From positions 5,432 through 69,431 of IMG/VR virus record IMGVR_UViG_3300030000_000007: a stretch of 64,000 nt of DNA; one strand, written 5' to 3'. Of the stretch, positions 46,427-57,459 are shown in pieces. The notes under the pieces were generated by a model. The model was given only the letters and a program-made list of their open reading frames with translations. It did not search any database and was not told the DNA's origin. How positions within the stretch are numbered: the first letter of the stretch is position 1; every line of letters begins with the position of its first letter. Both the position numbers and the translations under genes were made by a program. This DNA is from a virus.

Positions 46427-46600
46427 AAAAAAGGGAACCTTAAGGTTCCCTGAGATTTAAAGTGTAGAAACTTTTAACTCAGGGTCATAAAGCCAAGCCC
46501 CGCTACTAATCCTCTTGAATAGAGACTTAGAGATGAATAATATGAGTATGAGTTCATTTTCTTTTAGAAAAGGTTAAATTAATAAGATGTTTTATTTATA
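46427..46600 (-). promoter_or_regulatory. late promoter, Ser/Tyr-rich leader peptide (46474..46557) and attenuator
   Basis: TATAAATA; MNSYSYYSSLSLYSRGLVAGLGFMTLS*; CCCUGAG..CUCAGGG stem overlaps the GGGAACC-UUAA-GGUUCCC-U6 terminator. Confidence 0.7.
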
Positions 46601-46627
46601 GGATAACCGGAGAATGTTGGAATCTGA

Positions 46628-46837
46628 TCACTCTTCAACTTTAATTAATTGACTTGGGCTTTGAAGAAATTGCTTAACGAGTCCTGGATGACCATGGTTC
46701 CAGGTGTTGTAATATTCTACACGCACCTGCATAGGGGTGAATGCATAAATTATTGCCTTCACCAAATGTCTATAATTCGGTGCAATTAAAACAACAGTGT
46801 CACCAATGTTGAGTTCTTTACCCAAAAAATCTTTCAT
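46628..46837 (-). CDS. hypothetical phage protein
   Basis: MKDFLGKELNIGDTVV motif. Confidence 0.7.
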   Translation of the reverse strand: MKDFLGKELNIGDTVVLIAPNYRHLVKAIIYAFTPMQVRVEYYNTWNHGHPGLVKQFLQSPSQLIKVEE

Positions 46838-47316
46838 CTTCTTCTACTCCCATCAAATTGAACAAGTGTTACAGTACCCAGGTTTTTCCTAACTTCTACA
46901 GAAAAATCTATAAGCATGGTGTAAATCACTTTCTTATCGCCACCTGCTAGATTACATCCAATTTCAGGGAATCCGAATCTACATCCAGGATATTCTATAG
47001 CGAGAGTCTGTAAAATACGTGAGAATGCAGAGTACTCAAATTTATCAGTTGGTGCATCTCTATAATTATTGTAGTCATACTGTGTATAAGCATTTACAAT
47101 ATTGAAACGCTTCCCTAGCATAAGTGAATATGTCCCCAGCTTTGACCTATCACCTTTTATGGTTTGACAATCTGCTTCATATGCAGCAGGATATCGCTCT
47201 CTAATTTCTTTTGCAATTCCTGAACCCATAGTGTTGAAACAGTTGCACCCTTGTACGATGATGTTGAACTCTCCATCTTCGGCGAGATCAATTAAATTTC
47301 CCTTGATGATTTTCAT
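46834..47316 (-). CDS. macrodomain protein (T4 Tk.4-like ADP-ribose processing)
   Basis: IIKGNL..QGCNCFNTMGSGIA..NAYTQY..FPEIGCNLAGG. Confidence 0.9.
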   Translation of the reverse strand: MKIIKGNLIDLAEDGEFNIIVQGCNCFNTMGSGIAKEIRERYPAAYEADCQTIKGDRSKLGTYSLMLGKRFNIVNAYTQYDYNNYRDAPTDKFEYSAFSRILQTLAIEYPGCRFGFPEIGCNLAGGDKKVIYTMLIDFSVEVRKNLGTVTLVQFDGSRRR

Positions 47317-47782
47317 ATTAGATAATACTCGTGTGACCGCAAATAACACAATGTCGAATGTCATAAGGATGTCCTGCAACATCATAACATACCTCATGTT
47401 TACATTCTTTAAAAATCTTATCCATTTTTAAAGTTGCATGTTTTATGAGTTCTCGTAGATCATTGACAATGACTTGAATTCTAAATGCTTCAAGTATTTC
47501 TGCTTCAGTACAATTACGAAAACTCCCATCATCAAGTTCAATGATGTACCTTATAGCGTTGTTTTGTAAAATGCTATTAATCCTTTTCATATTATTATTC
47601 CTCTTTAAAATCTCCATCTGCATCACAATGGGATGGTGGATATCCATGTTTGCGTATGTTGAAATGTCTCCAAAATCTATTCCACAAAAAACCGATAAAA
47701 TAAAAACAACCGAATACTAATAGTACTATCATGTAAATGTTCTTGCTAATCAATTCATATAGTGTCATAAGGTTTCCCCCTT

Positions 47783-48430
47783 TCAAAAAGCTATGTCATC
47801 GTCAAAGTCATCAATACCACATTGCACACTATTTGATTTAAGAAACGGTTTGATTTCTTCATCAGTGAGAACGCCATTCATCCATAGCAAAATTTTATTA
47901 TAGTCATCATAATAAAAACCAGGTACTTTGTTGAAGAACTTACATGTAACATTATGAGAACAAAAACCAGAAGGGCCATCAAATTCTACTGTTCCATCCA
48001 ATTTATAAAACCCAACCCAGGCACCATTAAGTACGTCAAATTTCATTCCATCTTCTTGGATAGAAATAACTCTACACAATAAATCAACTGATCTATTGAG
48101 CCCCAAACCAAACAGTGCACCTGGTAAATAAGGAACGTCCATGTTATTGGCCCACTGTTCATACCCATTTATTGCAAAATGTCTGTTAATCAATTTGGGA
48201 TATTCAGATGGGCTGAGCCTGTTGTCTGATGCCTCTTTGATAATGTTTAGACATTCATTGATAGAACGTTCTGTTAACTTAACCAAATCTGGCATGACTG
48301 AACTATATTGATCTCCATTCTTCAAAGCATCATATGGGTCAGTAACACAGTCATATGTACCTCTATCGATAATGAAGGATTTAACAGGAGTGTCCCAGAG
48401 ATGATTGCAAGAAGGTATTGTAGTAGCCAT
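47783..48430 (-). CDS. hypothetical protein
   Basis: 215-aa ORF. Confidence 0.65.
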   Translation of the reverse strand: MATTIPSCNHLWDTPVKSFIIDRGTYDCVTDPYDALKNGDQYSSVMPDLVKLTERSINECLNIIKEASDNRLSPSEYPKLINRHFAINGYEQWANNMDVPYLPGALFGLGLNRSVDLLCRVISIQEDGMKFDVLNGAWVGFYKLDGTVEFDGPSGFCSHNVTCKFFNKVPGFYYDDYNKILLWMNGVLTDEEIKPFLKSNSVQCGIDDFDDDIAF

Positions 48431-48479
48431 AATTTAAATGAGTTATAGAGAGGGTAATTTTAATACCCTCTCCATTTTT

Positions 48480-49571
48480 TTACTTAGCTGGGATTACCAA
48501 CTTTTGTCCAACTGAGATAAAGTTGGGGTTAGCAAGATTATTACGTGCTTGAATTTCGGTAAATCGTTTGATGTCACCAAGTTGTGTTTGAGCAATGATA
48601 CTCAAAGTGTCACCCTTTGCAACAATGTATGAAACTTCACCAGAGCTAGCTCGACGGGTTGTAGCAACATTCTTAGACATGAAATAAGACTTCAACAATT
48701 CTGGATACGCATCAGATTCAATGACCTTGCGGATTGCACCATTCAAAGCAGCCAGTAAATCCTTATCATCCTTACGGACACCAATTCGATACTGAATGTC
48801 AGAACCTTTAATCTTCGTCATTGCGAATTGCAAATCGGTACCTTCAACTTCGGTTACAGCAAATGGGTAGTCATACACCACTGCATCAACTTTCTTGGAA
48901 TTGAAGTGACCAACAATCCACTTACCATTTGAATCAGCCTTGTCAGACAATTCAACAATTTTTGCTTTAGGGAATGCACCTTCAACAAAAGAACGAGCAT
49001 CTGGATCACCTTGCAAAATACCAATCTTCATACCATCGGTGTCAACAGCAGAGTTGATTACGGTACCATTAGCAACAATCAAACTGTATCCGAAGTCCTT
49101 CACGTATGGGATCGTGTAAACAACACCCGGCAAATCTTGATCATTAAATGTCAAACCGTCAATTGCAATATCAACCTTTTTATTGCTCAGAAGTTGTTTA
49201 GGTACATCTTCATAAGTAGAAACTTCAGCACCCATAACTTTAATTTCACCATTTCCCTTGAATTCATCTTGTGCAAAAAGCAACTTCATGAAGTCAACAT
49301 TGAAACCTTTAGCTCGTGAACCTTCACCTGAGTAGAAAGGTTTAGATGGATTCTGCACACTCGCAGTTACCACACGTTGTTCCTTGATATCAGAAAGACG
49401 ACTACCTTGAACAACTTTGACAGGTTCAGAAGTTGAAGTAGTTTGAACAGTTTCAACTTGTTGCGTGGTAGGTTTAACCTTATTCACCTGCGCTCGAAAA
49501 TTTGGATCAACAAAATACCCAGCAACTGCCAAAATTACCAAACCAACAATAGCAAACAAAACTTTTTTCAT
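48480..49571 (-). CDS. family-3 periplasmic substrate-binding domain fused to LysM
   Basis: N-terminal anchor; GFNVD..KKVDIAI..VDAVVYD; C-terminal YIVAKGDTLS..NPNFISVGQKLVIP. Confidence 0.85.
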   Translation of the reverse strand: MKKVLFAIVGLVILAVAGYFVDPNFRAQVNKVKPTTQQVETVQTTSTSEPVKVVQGSRLSDIKEQRVVTASVQNPSKPFYSGEGSRAKGFNVDFMKLLFAQDEFKGNGEIKVMGAEVSTYEDVPKQLLSNKKVDIAIDGLTFNDQDLPGVVYTIPYVKDFGYSLIVANGTVINSAVDTDGMKIGILQGDPDARSFVEGAFPKAKIVELSDKADSNGKWIVGHFNSKKVDAVVYDYPFAVTEVEGTDLQFAMTKIKGSDIQYRIGVRKDDKDLLAALNGAIRKVIESDAYPELLKSYFMSKNVATTRRASSGEVSYIVAKGDTLSIIAQTQLGDIKRFTEIQARNNLANPNFISVGQKLVIPAK

Positions 49572-49601
49572 CTATAAACTCCTTAAAATTAAAACTTTAA
49601 A

Positions 49602-50573
49602 TTACCAACTTGAATCACTAGAAGATGAACTTGATGAATCACTAGAAGATGAATCCCAGCTACTTGAGCTTGATGAATCACTGCTCGATGAATCCCAGCT
49701 ACTTGAACTACTTGAGCTACGATCTGTATCATCCCATGAAGACTTGGTTGGAGTTGATGGAGTATCATCCCATGAAGAAGATGTTGTATCCACATGTGAT
49801 TGAACAGGGCGCTCAACAATTACTTCACGTTCGATGATAGTCGTGTTATTGCTTGAACTGCCACCATGACCTGACATCATACTACCCAGAAGAACCCCGG
49901 TTAGCAATCCATTATTACTGTCAACATGTGAACCACCATTTGAAGGGTAATAATGATTTACGACTTGAGGTTGTGCAGTAGCTACAGTAGTCGAAGTTCG
50001 TGGATATGAATGTCGAAGTGGTTTAACATCATGAACGGTGTTAGCATAGGTTGTATCAACATAGTTCTTGGTAACAGCATCACTAGCTGGAGAAGGTGAA
50101 CCGAGAATAGGTTTATTTTCAGATGAAGCATTATCCGGGGTATCTTCATCATCACGTTTGGATAGATAAATGATTCGAGCAAGGATACCTAAACCCAAAG
50201 CAACTACAGCAATGAGAAAGATGGTGAACCAACTCATGGAAGATTCAACCTTTTCAATTTTTGCAACTTGAGGGGTGATTGCAGTTTCCAATGCAGCAAC
50301 ATTGCTTTCACTTGCAAACTTCAAAGAAGGATCCAATCCTTTTGCTTTGTTAAGAGCAAATTGGGCTTTGTCTTGATGACCTAATCCAGCCTGAGCTTGT
50401 GCCATCGAGTAAAAAGCCTTTGCAGAAGTTGGATGATTTTTGATAATCAATTCCAACCCTTGTTCAGCAGCAGCAAATTGTTTTTGATCAATGAGATTTT
50501 GCATTTCATTGAAGCTAGGTTCAGCAAATGCTGCTGAGGCAAATAGAACCAATACAAGGAGAAGTTTCTTCAT
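49602..50573 (-). CDS. TPR-containing membrane protein with Ser-rich SSSWD tail
   Basis: Signal peptide, TPR-like HPTSAKAFY..AQ, TM segment, GLLTGVLLGSMM. Confidence 0.8.
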   Translation of the reverse strand: MKKLLLVLVLFASAAFAEPSFNEMQNLIDQKQFAAAEQGLELIIKNHPTSAKAFYSMAQAQAGLGHQDKAQFALNKAKGLDPSLKFASESNVAALETAITPQVAKIEKVESSMSWFTIFLIAVVALGLGILARIIYLSKRDDEDTPDNASSENKPILGSPSPASDAVTKNYVDTTYANTVHDVKPLRHSYPRTSTTVATAQPQVVNHYYPSNGGSHVDSNNGLLTGVLLGSMMSGHGGSSSNNTTIIEREVIVERPVQSHVDTTSSSWDDTPSTPTKSSWDDTDRSSSSSSSWDSSSSDSSSSSSWDSSSSDSSSSSSSDSSW

Positions 50574-50575
50574 AA

Positions 50576-51349
50576 TTAAACCGTCACTTTCTGAGTTACG
50601 TTATCAATGGTTAGTACTGGAGATGGATCATTTGTCAATTTTTGTGGTTGAACAACCTTACGATTTACCATCGTTGCTGTTTCCATTTGAGCGAATGCCT
50701 TATTCAAATTAGACATCACACTATCAACAGCAGCTTCATTCTTGATTCGGGCAAATTCATCACCAGTATTCATACCAGCCAATTTGTTCATGCGCTGGGT
50801 AGCCAAAGCAAGTTTCCACAGTGCACGCATCTTCTTAATTGAAGCTGCAAGATTTGCCAATTCAAGTTGGACATCAGCATATTTTGCTTCTCGGTCCTTC
50901 AGATTTTCTCGCATGAAAATCAATTGTTCTTTTCCTGCTTGAGCATCATCTGGGTATTCAGCTTCAAACTCTTTTACTGTACCTTCATAGTTTTTAATTT
51001 CAGTTCGAAATTCAGTAATACTATCTGCAAATTTACCAGCATCCTGTACACGTTGGTTGTATGAAAGTTGAACAGTTTCAATTGGATTTTCAGCAGCGGC
51101 TTCTACCACCTTTTCAAGGTGAGAAACTCGTTCAGCATCCATCGCTCGATATTTAAAATTTGCAGCTTTGAGACCAACAACAGGACCCAAGGTGGTACCA
51201 ACAAGGATAAGACCAAAAGCAATCAACATACCGGCAATACCAGTAATCGCCAACCAAGCAACCGGAGCAAGGATAGCAGCGAATACACAAATGACACCAT
51301 ACTTTACCAAGTTGGTATATTTCTTTACCTTCACATCTTCATTCATCAT
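50576..51349 (-). CDS. membrane-anchored coiled-coil protein
   Basis: Two TM segments followed by a long coiled coil. Confidence 0.7.
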   Translation of the reverse strand: MMNEDVKVKKYTNLVKYGVICVFAAILAPVAWLAITGIAGMLIAFGLILVGTTLGPVVGLKAANFKYRAMDAERVSHLEKVVEAAAENPIETVQLSYNQRVQDAGKFADSITEFRTEIKNYEGTVKEFEAEYPDDAQAGKEQLIFMRENLKDREAKYADVQLELANLAASIKKMRALWKLALATQRMNKLAGMNTGDEFARIKNEAAVDSVMSNLNKAFAQMETATMVNRKVVQPQKLTNDPSPVLTIDNVTQKVTV

Positions 51350-51855
51350 TTTTCCTTTTAATAAAATTGAACAAAATTATTTTATCACGTTTCAGGACAT
51401 TCAAAATCTTGATTGTCCAAATCTAACTTAACAGTATTTTCAAAATCCCTTTCTTTAATCTGTTCACAAGCCGCAACATAATCTGCCCATGTAACTTCTT
51501 CAACATGAACATTGATCATTGTATCCGTGAAATCAAATTCGCCGGGAACCATATTTACACCAAGTACTTTCCAATAATTATTCCCAATCCCAAACAGATC
51601 ATGGGTGTTGTCAAATCGATGAAGAACATCACTACTCGAAATGTGGGATGTCTAACAACCCTATCGATAAAATCTTTCATCTTAATCCTTAATCAAAATA
51701 ACATTTTCACCGTTTTCAAGAGCTTTTTGGAGTTGAACTAATCCTGCAACAAAACCGGAATCTCCAGTGTATCCATGATTAGCTTCTTGAGTCCGTGCTT
51801 CTTTGATTGCAATATTAATTGCAATTAGTAAATTTGATCTATAAAATTCCATAAT

Positions 51856-52095
51856 TTATCCATTCAATTCAAATGATACATTCTTGACAACTTTCAATTC
51901 TTCAGCTTTGTAAAGTTTGAAATGTTCATTACGACGATCAAGCACCAAAATTGCATCTTTCAGTTTAGCTTCATCATCATAGGTTTTCACTTCTTGAACT
52001 TCTTCTGAATATGCGGGATAACCATGTCCTGGGAAATCGCGACTCCGTTGATCACCATCATGGTGTATTGATTTAGTTGTAACAATAATCCACAT
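51856..52095 (-). CDS. hypothetical phage protein
   Basis: GDQRSRDFPGHGYP motif; GAGG SD. Confidence 0.7.
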   Translation of the reverse strand: MWIIVTTKSIHHDGDQRSRDFPGHGYPAYSEEVQEVKTYDDEAKLKDAILVLDRRNEHFKLYKAEELKVVKNVSFELNG

Positions 52096-52116
52096 GTTAT
52101 TTTTCCTCTTAAATGA

Positions 52117-52491
52117 TCAAGCGATTACCAAGCAGTATGGAGCTGCTTCGATAATTGCTAACCGTTGTTTTTCCGATTCATGAAATAAAGTCTGTTCTTT
52201 AACGAAGTGTTCAAGTGGACCCCACATTGAAATAGGATTTAATCCAGAAGCTTTACAACCCTTAACCAATTCAGCATATGTTTTTGGTAATTCATCGGCA
52301 TCAAATGATGCAATTGATGCTCGCATATTGGTTATGACTTCATCATCAGCAGTCTCTTTGTTCCCGTTAGTAGTGAAGAATCGTGCGAGTCTTACTTCAT
52401 TCACTGTATCGATACCCCATTCAGAGTCCTCAATAACAACATTCAAATGGGGATTCTGTAATAGCAACTCTGCTAAATCTTTTGCATTCAT
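52117..52491 (-). CDS. hypothetical protein
   Basis: 124-aa ORF. Confidence 0.6.
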   Translation of the reverse strand: MNAKDLAELLLQNPHLNVVIEDSEWGIDTVNEVRLARFFTTNGNKETADDEVITNMRASIASFDADELPKTYAELVKGCKASGLNPISMWGPLEHFVKEQTLFHESEKQRLAIIEAAPYCLVIA

Positions 52492-53114
52492 GTTTTATTT
52501 CCAATCTCTTTTAAATTAATACCAGTACCATTGCAGCTTGCACATTTAGGACTACCGGAAACATCATATCTTCCGGAACCATTACATGCAATACATTTCT
52601 TATTACTGATTGGTTTATTTTTCCATTCAGCAATCGATCTTCGCATTTCTTTATTTGGCTTCATTATAACATGTTATCTGAAGAATGTAATGTTCAAATT
52701 TCTTCATGAATCAAGCCAACTTTTGAAATTACCTTTCTACAAGCAACTTCTACAATCTCAATTTTGTGAATATGATCCTGATGAACGGCAGTAGATTTTT
52801 TCCAATCAATAGCATAACTACTTGCTTCTTCAACTGTGTCAAACAACTTAGCACGTTCTTTATCATCAGTCAAAAGACCATCTTTACGTCGTATCCACAC
52901 TGAGGAATATCTTAATGCAAACATAACAATCTCCTAGTTTGGATACCAATACATAGTTCCACCGTTTTGAGCATATTCCGGTGGAACTTTCCACTCTTGA
53001 CCATCCCATTCACAGTAAATCGCCATCAAAGAACGAATTCGTTGAAATGATACACAGTATGAACCGGGAACATCTGGAGATTTCTCACTAGCATTATACA
53101 TTTTTAAATACCTC

Positions 53115-53654
53115 TTATTCCACCACAATCAAATTTTTGTTTGTTTTCCAAATACATGGGCTTTTGATGATACCTTTTTCAACAACCCCATCTTGAAGAA
53201 TTTCAAACATAGAAGCAACGGTAATCTCAAACACTAGACCACGAGGATCCTTTACTTTGAATAATTTGTTGCCACGATATCGTCTTACTGTATCGATAAT
53301 TTCAAATCCCGTCAGTGGTTCATTTTCCCAAATACGTGGTGCACATTCAACCGGAATTGGACGATCAAATGGGGTATGAATAACCTCACTAAATGTACAA
53401 TTATAATTTCTATCAATACCTTTTTCTCGCCATTCACCAGATTCAGTTTGATAAATATCTTTTCTATCATAAGCCCAATCATGCTGGGTTGATTTGCGAG
53501 CTTCATCAGTTTTTTTAGTGGGTTCATGTGGGTGAAGAAAACCAAAGTTGTATTCAGAGACAACTTTGACTCTATAATCAGGTTTCAACCATTCACAGTC
53601 CTGAACGATTTTTGAAACAACATAAAGTTGTTTTGGGGGTTTAGTGGTACTCAT
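53115..53654 (-). CDS. hypothetical phage protein
   Basis: ENEPLTGF..VKDPRGLVFEIT motif. Confidence 0.7.
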   Translation of the reverse strand: MSTTKPPKQLYVVSKIVQDCEWLKPDYRVKVVSEYNFGFLHPHEPTKKTDEARKSTQHDWAYDRKDIYQTESGEWREKGIDRNYNCTFSEVIHTPFDRPIPVECAPRIWENEPLTGFEIIDTVRRYRGNKLFKVKDPRGLVFEITVASMFEILQDGVVEKGIIKSPCIWKTNKNLIVVE

Positions 53655-53886
53655 GTACTTTCCTATAGATGTAAGTGGCCTCTACCACGAGATTCCATTT
53701 TTGCGTCATGTGGATTGTCTGCGTTCAACTTTACCTTTTCATATGATGGAGCATCACAAGCATATCTGCCATGAGTAGTGAGACACCTACCACAATAAAC
53801 TTGGTCATTAAGTGAGTTATCTTTAATGCGGTTATGGTACCTATTTGCCCAGGGGAACAAATAATCACTACTCATTTCAGTTTCCT

Positions 53887-55320
53887 TTACAGGTTGCTGT
53901 TTGCACGTACTTCGTCAAAGGTTTGAGAGAACTTGATTTCACCATCTTCAAACCAATCAACAAGTGCTTCTTTCCAGTCAAAGCCCTTGTCAACCCAACG
54001 AGTAGGCTTAGTAACAGAAGATTCGTATTCACCACCGCACTGCCAAAGAGTGACTCGACCTTTCATCGAACGCTTACCGGAGTCAGTGACTGGGTCCTTA
54101 AACACATCGCGCCATACCAACTTACCAATAACATCTTCAGCATCACGATATTCACGAATTCCAACAGCAGAACATTTCATGGCCCACTTTTGAGTATCGC
54201 GGTTCAGTTGTTGTAGCAATCCACCACCCATACCGAAAGCAAAGTTATCAGCACTGTAACCGTGAAGATCAACCAACGTGCGGAGAATAGTTTCCAACGA
54301 AAGTGCATTGATACCGTCACCCCAAATAATGCGAACATTGTTGAGAACTTTGTATCCCTTAGCGTTCTTTGGTGCGCCGTAGAAATGTTCCAAAATTGTC
54401 AGCATTTTCGACAAGACTTCAACAGGATCACCAGAGTCAGGTCGGATAACAACTGTTGCACCACTGTCAATCACATCTTGCTTCAGCTCGGTTCCCCAAA
54501 GCTTACAAGCATTGTAGATATCGTAGGAGTCAGACACAACTGCCAGAACCTTACCATTGCCACCGAACTGTTTGATCATGTTGCGATAAGCTTCTACTTC
54601 GTTATCGCGACCCCAACTAGTAACGGTACTGTGCTCTGCTGCTGGAATACTGAATCCAGATACGTCAGCACCGTAGACATCCATAACATGAAGCACACCA
54701 GACATAGTATCTGTACCCATGAAGTTAACCAAATGGGCGGCTCCACCGATAGCTGCACTTTCTTCAGAGCTAACACCACGAGCACCAAAGTCATGAAGCT
54801 TGAAAGCAATAGTAGAAGGGTCACCAGATTTCTCCAAATATTCCAGCAAAAGCTGTTTAATGTTCCACGAAATCGTTCCTACAGTAGTTGGATACCAAAT
54901 TGCCCTGAGAGCGGTTGTTTCGACCCAAGTCGTGAGCCAGAAACATTTCGGGTCAGTGTTCTCGATCGTGCAGAGAACATTTTTCGTAGGGATAATAAGC
55001 CCTTCTTGTGCAGCTTTGATACGAAGCGGGAGTTTCCCTTCGTGATTGTCAAGAATATATTGCCACCCTTCACGATTAAAAGGTTCGCCGTGCATAGCCC
55101 AGATTTTGTCAGCATAGTCGATTTGTTCCTGTGTGATTGGGGTTGCAAGATATTGGGACAATTTTTGCATGCCCAAAAATTCAGTTTCAGCATAGATACC
55201 ACCACGTGCTTCAATATACGAGTAAACGTATTCAGTACAAGCGGGGTATTGTTTCCACATACTGACCTTGTACGAGTCAGTGTCCAACATAATGGATCGT
55301 AGTTTGTTTTGTTTTTGCAT
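53887..55320 (-). CDS. nadV: nicotinamide phosphoribosyltransferase (Nampt)
   Basis: TDSYK, LHDFGARG, IPAAEHS, VSDSYD, IRPDSGDP, WGDG, FGMGGGLLQ. Confidence 0.95.
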   Translation of the reverse strand: MQKQNKLRSIMLDTDSYKVSMWKQYPACTEYVYSYIEARGGIYAETEFLGMQKLSQYLATPITQEQIDYADKIWAMHGEPFNREGWQYILDNHEGKLPLRIKAAQEGLIIPTKNVLCTIENTDPKCFWLTTWVETTALRAIWYPTTVGTISWNIKQLLLEYLEKSGDPSTIAFKLHDFGARGVSSEESAAIGGAAHLVNFMGTDTMSGVLHVMDVYGADVSGFSIPAAEHSTVTSWGRDNEVEAYRNMIKQFGGNGKVLAVVSDSYDIYNACKLWGTELKQDVIDSGATVVIRPDSGDPVEVLSKMLTILEHFYGAPKNAKGYKVLNNVRIIWGDGINALSLETILRTLVDLHGYSADNFAFGMGGGLLQQLNRDTQKWAMKCSAVGIREYRDAEDVIGKLVWRDVFKDPVTDSGKRSMKGRVTLWQCGGEYESSVTKPTRWVDKGFDWKEALVDWFEDGEIKFSQTFDEVRANSNL

Positions 55321-55952
55321 GATTAAAAAGCTCCTTTTTAAGTTAAAAATTTTGGTAAGATAATCTTACCGGCCGTTGTAGGCTTCGACGGATTCGATTT
55401 GATGAGCAAGTGATCCAAATGATCGAGATGTATCTTTAGGAGTAACCTGAACCGTGGCGTGCTGCAGTATCGGAGTGCCTGAGCCACGTTCGAAATAGTC
55501 TTCAGATTTCAATGTACAACTAAAGTATGTGCTTTTAACAGTTAGCCCCTGTGCAGCAAGATAAAAAGCAATAGCTTCTTCAATTTGTGTTGGTGTAAGT
55601 TCTACACTAATTTTGAGTGGCATATAATAAAACTCCTTTATTAATTTGACATATAGAATTATATCACAAATTCTAACCTAAAATCATTTTTAAATATCAT
55701 TCCAAAGAGGAATTGTTTCATTCAGTTTACTTGGCTTAAGTGTTGCCAAATAATCAAGAGTATATTTGTGCCTAATTCCACGGTGACTCACCGAATATCC
55801 CGGAACAATTTTAACTCCATTAAACCAACCGCCATTTGAAAATTTCAAAGGTTTCAATTCACCAGTTACTTTAATTGAATAAAGTTTCTTTTCATTGAAG
55901 TGCCAAAAGTATCCAGGATACCTTGTAGAAATAAATCCTTCTGGTAATGAAA

Positions 55953-56966
55953 TCATTTTGCCCATCCCATGTAGACTGGATTCAAGTGAGCAGGAATTGG
56001 TAGCACTTTACACATTGTTGAAATGATGTGGCTGTGATCATCAAAAAGCTGCATCGTATTCATGATGTCGTAGATGGGAAAGAATTTAGCCTTAAGTGTT
56101 TCAGATTTCGGAGATACACGGGGCAAACTTCCATCTGGTTCAGGTTTGATTTGAATATGAACAGCAAGAGTATTTCGAGGAATTCCCATACCACGATCAG
56201 GTGCATCAAACAATCGAGTTTCAACAATTGATCCTCGAAGAACTTTTTCTGGTACACGAATATTAATTTCTTCCAACAATTCACGGATTGCCGTATCAGT
56301 GTAGGTTTCATCGTTGTTTTTAAACCCACCTGGAAGAGCCCATGATCCTCGACCAGGAGTATTGGCACGCTGAACCAAAAGAATATGTCCAACACATTCA
56401 ACGATTGCATCACCGCAACAAAAATTCAATGTCTCGGGATAAGGATAATTCCCAAAAACTTCCTTTTCTTTTTCGAAGTACTTGAAATCATCAATCACTG
56501 AAGGATCAAACTTACCCGGCATTTGTTCCAACCAGAGTTTACGCATCTCCGTTCCAGAGACATCATACAGTGAATCGAAACACTGACTATCAATTTGCGG
56601 TTTGAACCAATTGAGATAATCATTGCCTGGTTTTTCATGACCGAACATAATGATCTTGCTGTTTGGAATCGAATACATGTCAAGAATCATTGACACATCA
56701 GACATCCATTGCGAATTTGAATACTTGTAGTCATTGATCGGAACCACACGTACGCGAGTCACATCAACAAGTTCTGATTTGAAGTATTCTTCTAAATCAT
56801 GTTTGCGTTCTTCGTATGTAAAGGGATTTTTGATTGTTCGAGCTGAATTAGCTGAACCGACAATAATGATCAGGCGATCACATTGACTGAGGGCTTGACG
56901 AATAAGTTGTCGATGGCCCATGTGAAGAGGTTGAAATCTTCCGATGAGGAAACCAGTTTTATGCAT
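55953..56966 (-). CDS. bifunctional NMN adenylyltransferase / Nudix ADP-ribose pyrophosphatase (NadM-Nudix)
   Basis: GRFQPLHMGH, KNPF, SGTEMR; Nudix box PGGF..AIRELLEE. Confidence 0.92.
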   Translation of the reverse strand: MHKTGFLIGRFQPLHMGHRQLIRQALSQCDRLIIIVGSANSARTIKNPFTYEERKHDLEEYFKSELVDVTRVRVVPINDYKYSNSQWMSDVSMILDMYSIPNSKIIMFGHEKPGNDYLNWFKPQIDSQCFDSLYDVSGTEMRKLWLEQMPGKFDPSVIDDFKYFEKEKEVFGNYPYPETLNFCCGDAIVECVGHILLVQRANTPGRGSWALPGGFKNNDETYTDTAIRELLEEINIRVPEKVLRGSIVETRLFDAPDRGMGIPRNTLAVHIQIKPEPDGSLPRVSPKSETLKAKFFPIYDIMNTMQLFDDHSHIISTMCKVLPIPAHLNPVYMGWAK

Positions 56967-57054
56967 TTATAAACTCCTTATGTTGCATTGATTATTTATA
57001 GATGTCTATGAATCTATTGATTTTATTTATAGATATTATATCACAAAGTGTCAA

Positions 57055-57459
57055 TCAAAATTGTCTTGGTGATTTAAAATCCTTAATAACATCACCCATT
57101 AATTTTGAGCAAATTGTTTCTGAAAGTTTTTCATAGATTTTTTCAAAAACCTCTTGTTCACTTAACATCGTGGTGTCAAGTGAGAATTCTACTTTTATCT
57201 TCTCACCATTTATAGATACCAAAATAGCAAAATTTTTCTTGAATGAATGCACTTCAAGCATTGTCCACAACATAGCAGAAACCAAATTGTTATCAAGCTT
57301 CTGTGCTTTAAGAATTTTGTCATTTGCAGCCTTCTCAAACTCAGCTAGCAACCTGACAGATTCATCAGTTGGTGCACGATGTTCTGTGATGTTGGTGAAA
57401 TTTGTTTGAGGAGGGGTTCTCAACAAATCTGCATATTGTAAAAATGTACGATCATTCAT
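57055..57459 (-). CDS. hypothetical protein
   Basis: TEHRAPTDESVRLL motif. Confidence 0.65.
   Translation of the reverse strand: MNDRTFLQYADLLRTPPQTNFTNITEHRAPTDESVRLLAEFEKAANDKILKAQKLDNNLVSAMLWTMLEVHSFKKNFAILVSINGEKIKVEFSLDTTMLSEQEVFEKIYEKLSETICSKLMGDVIKDFKSPRQF

Noticed and set aside
49610-49790. Tandem DNA repeats
   Set aside because: Explained by the Ser-rich SSSWD coding tail of the TPR protein.
54262-55302. 346-aa plus-strand ORF and other long antisense ORFs (12208, 27076, 14828)
   Set aside because: Shadow frames of well-supported minus-strand genes.
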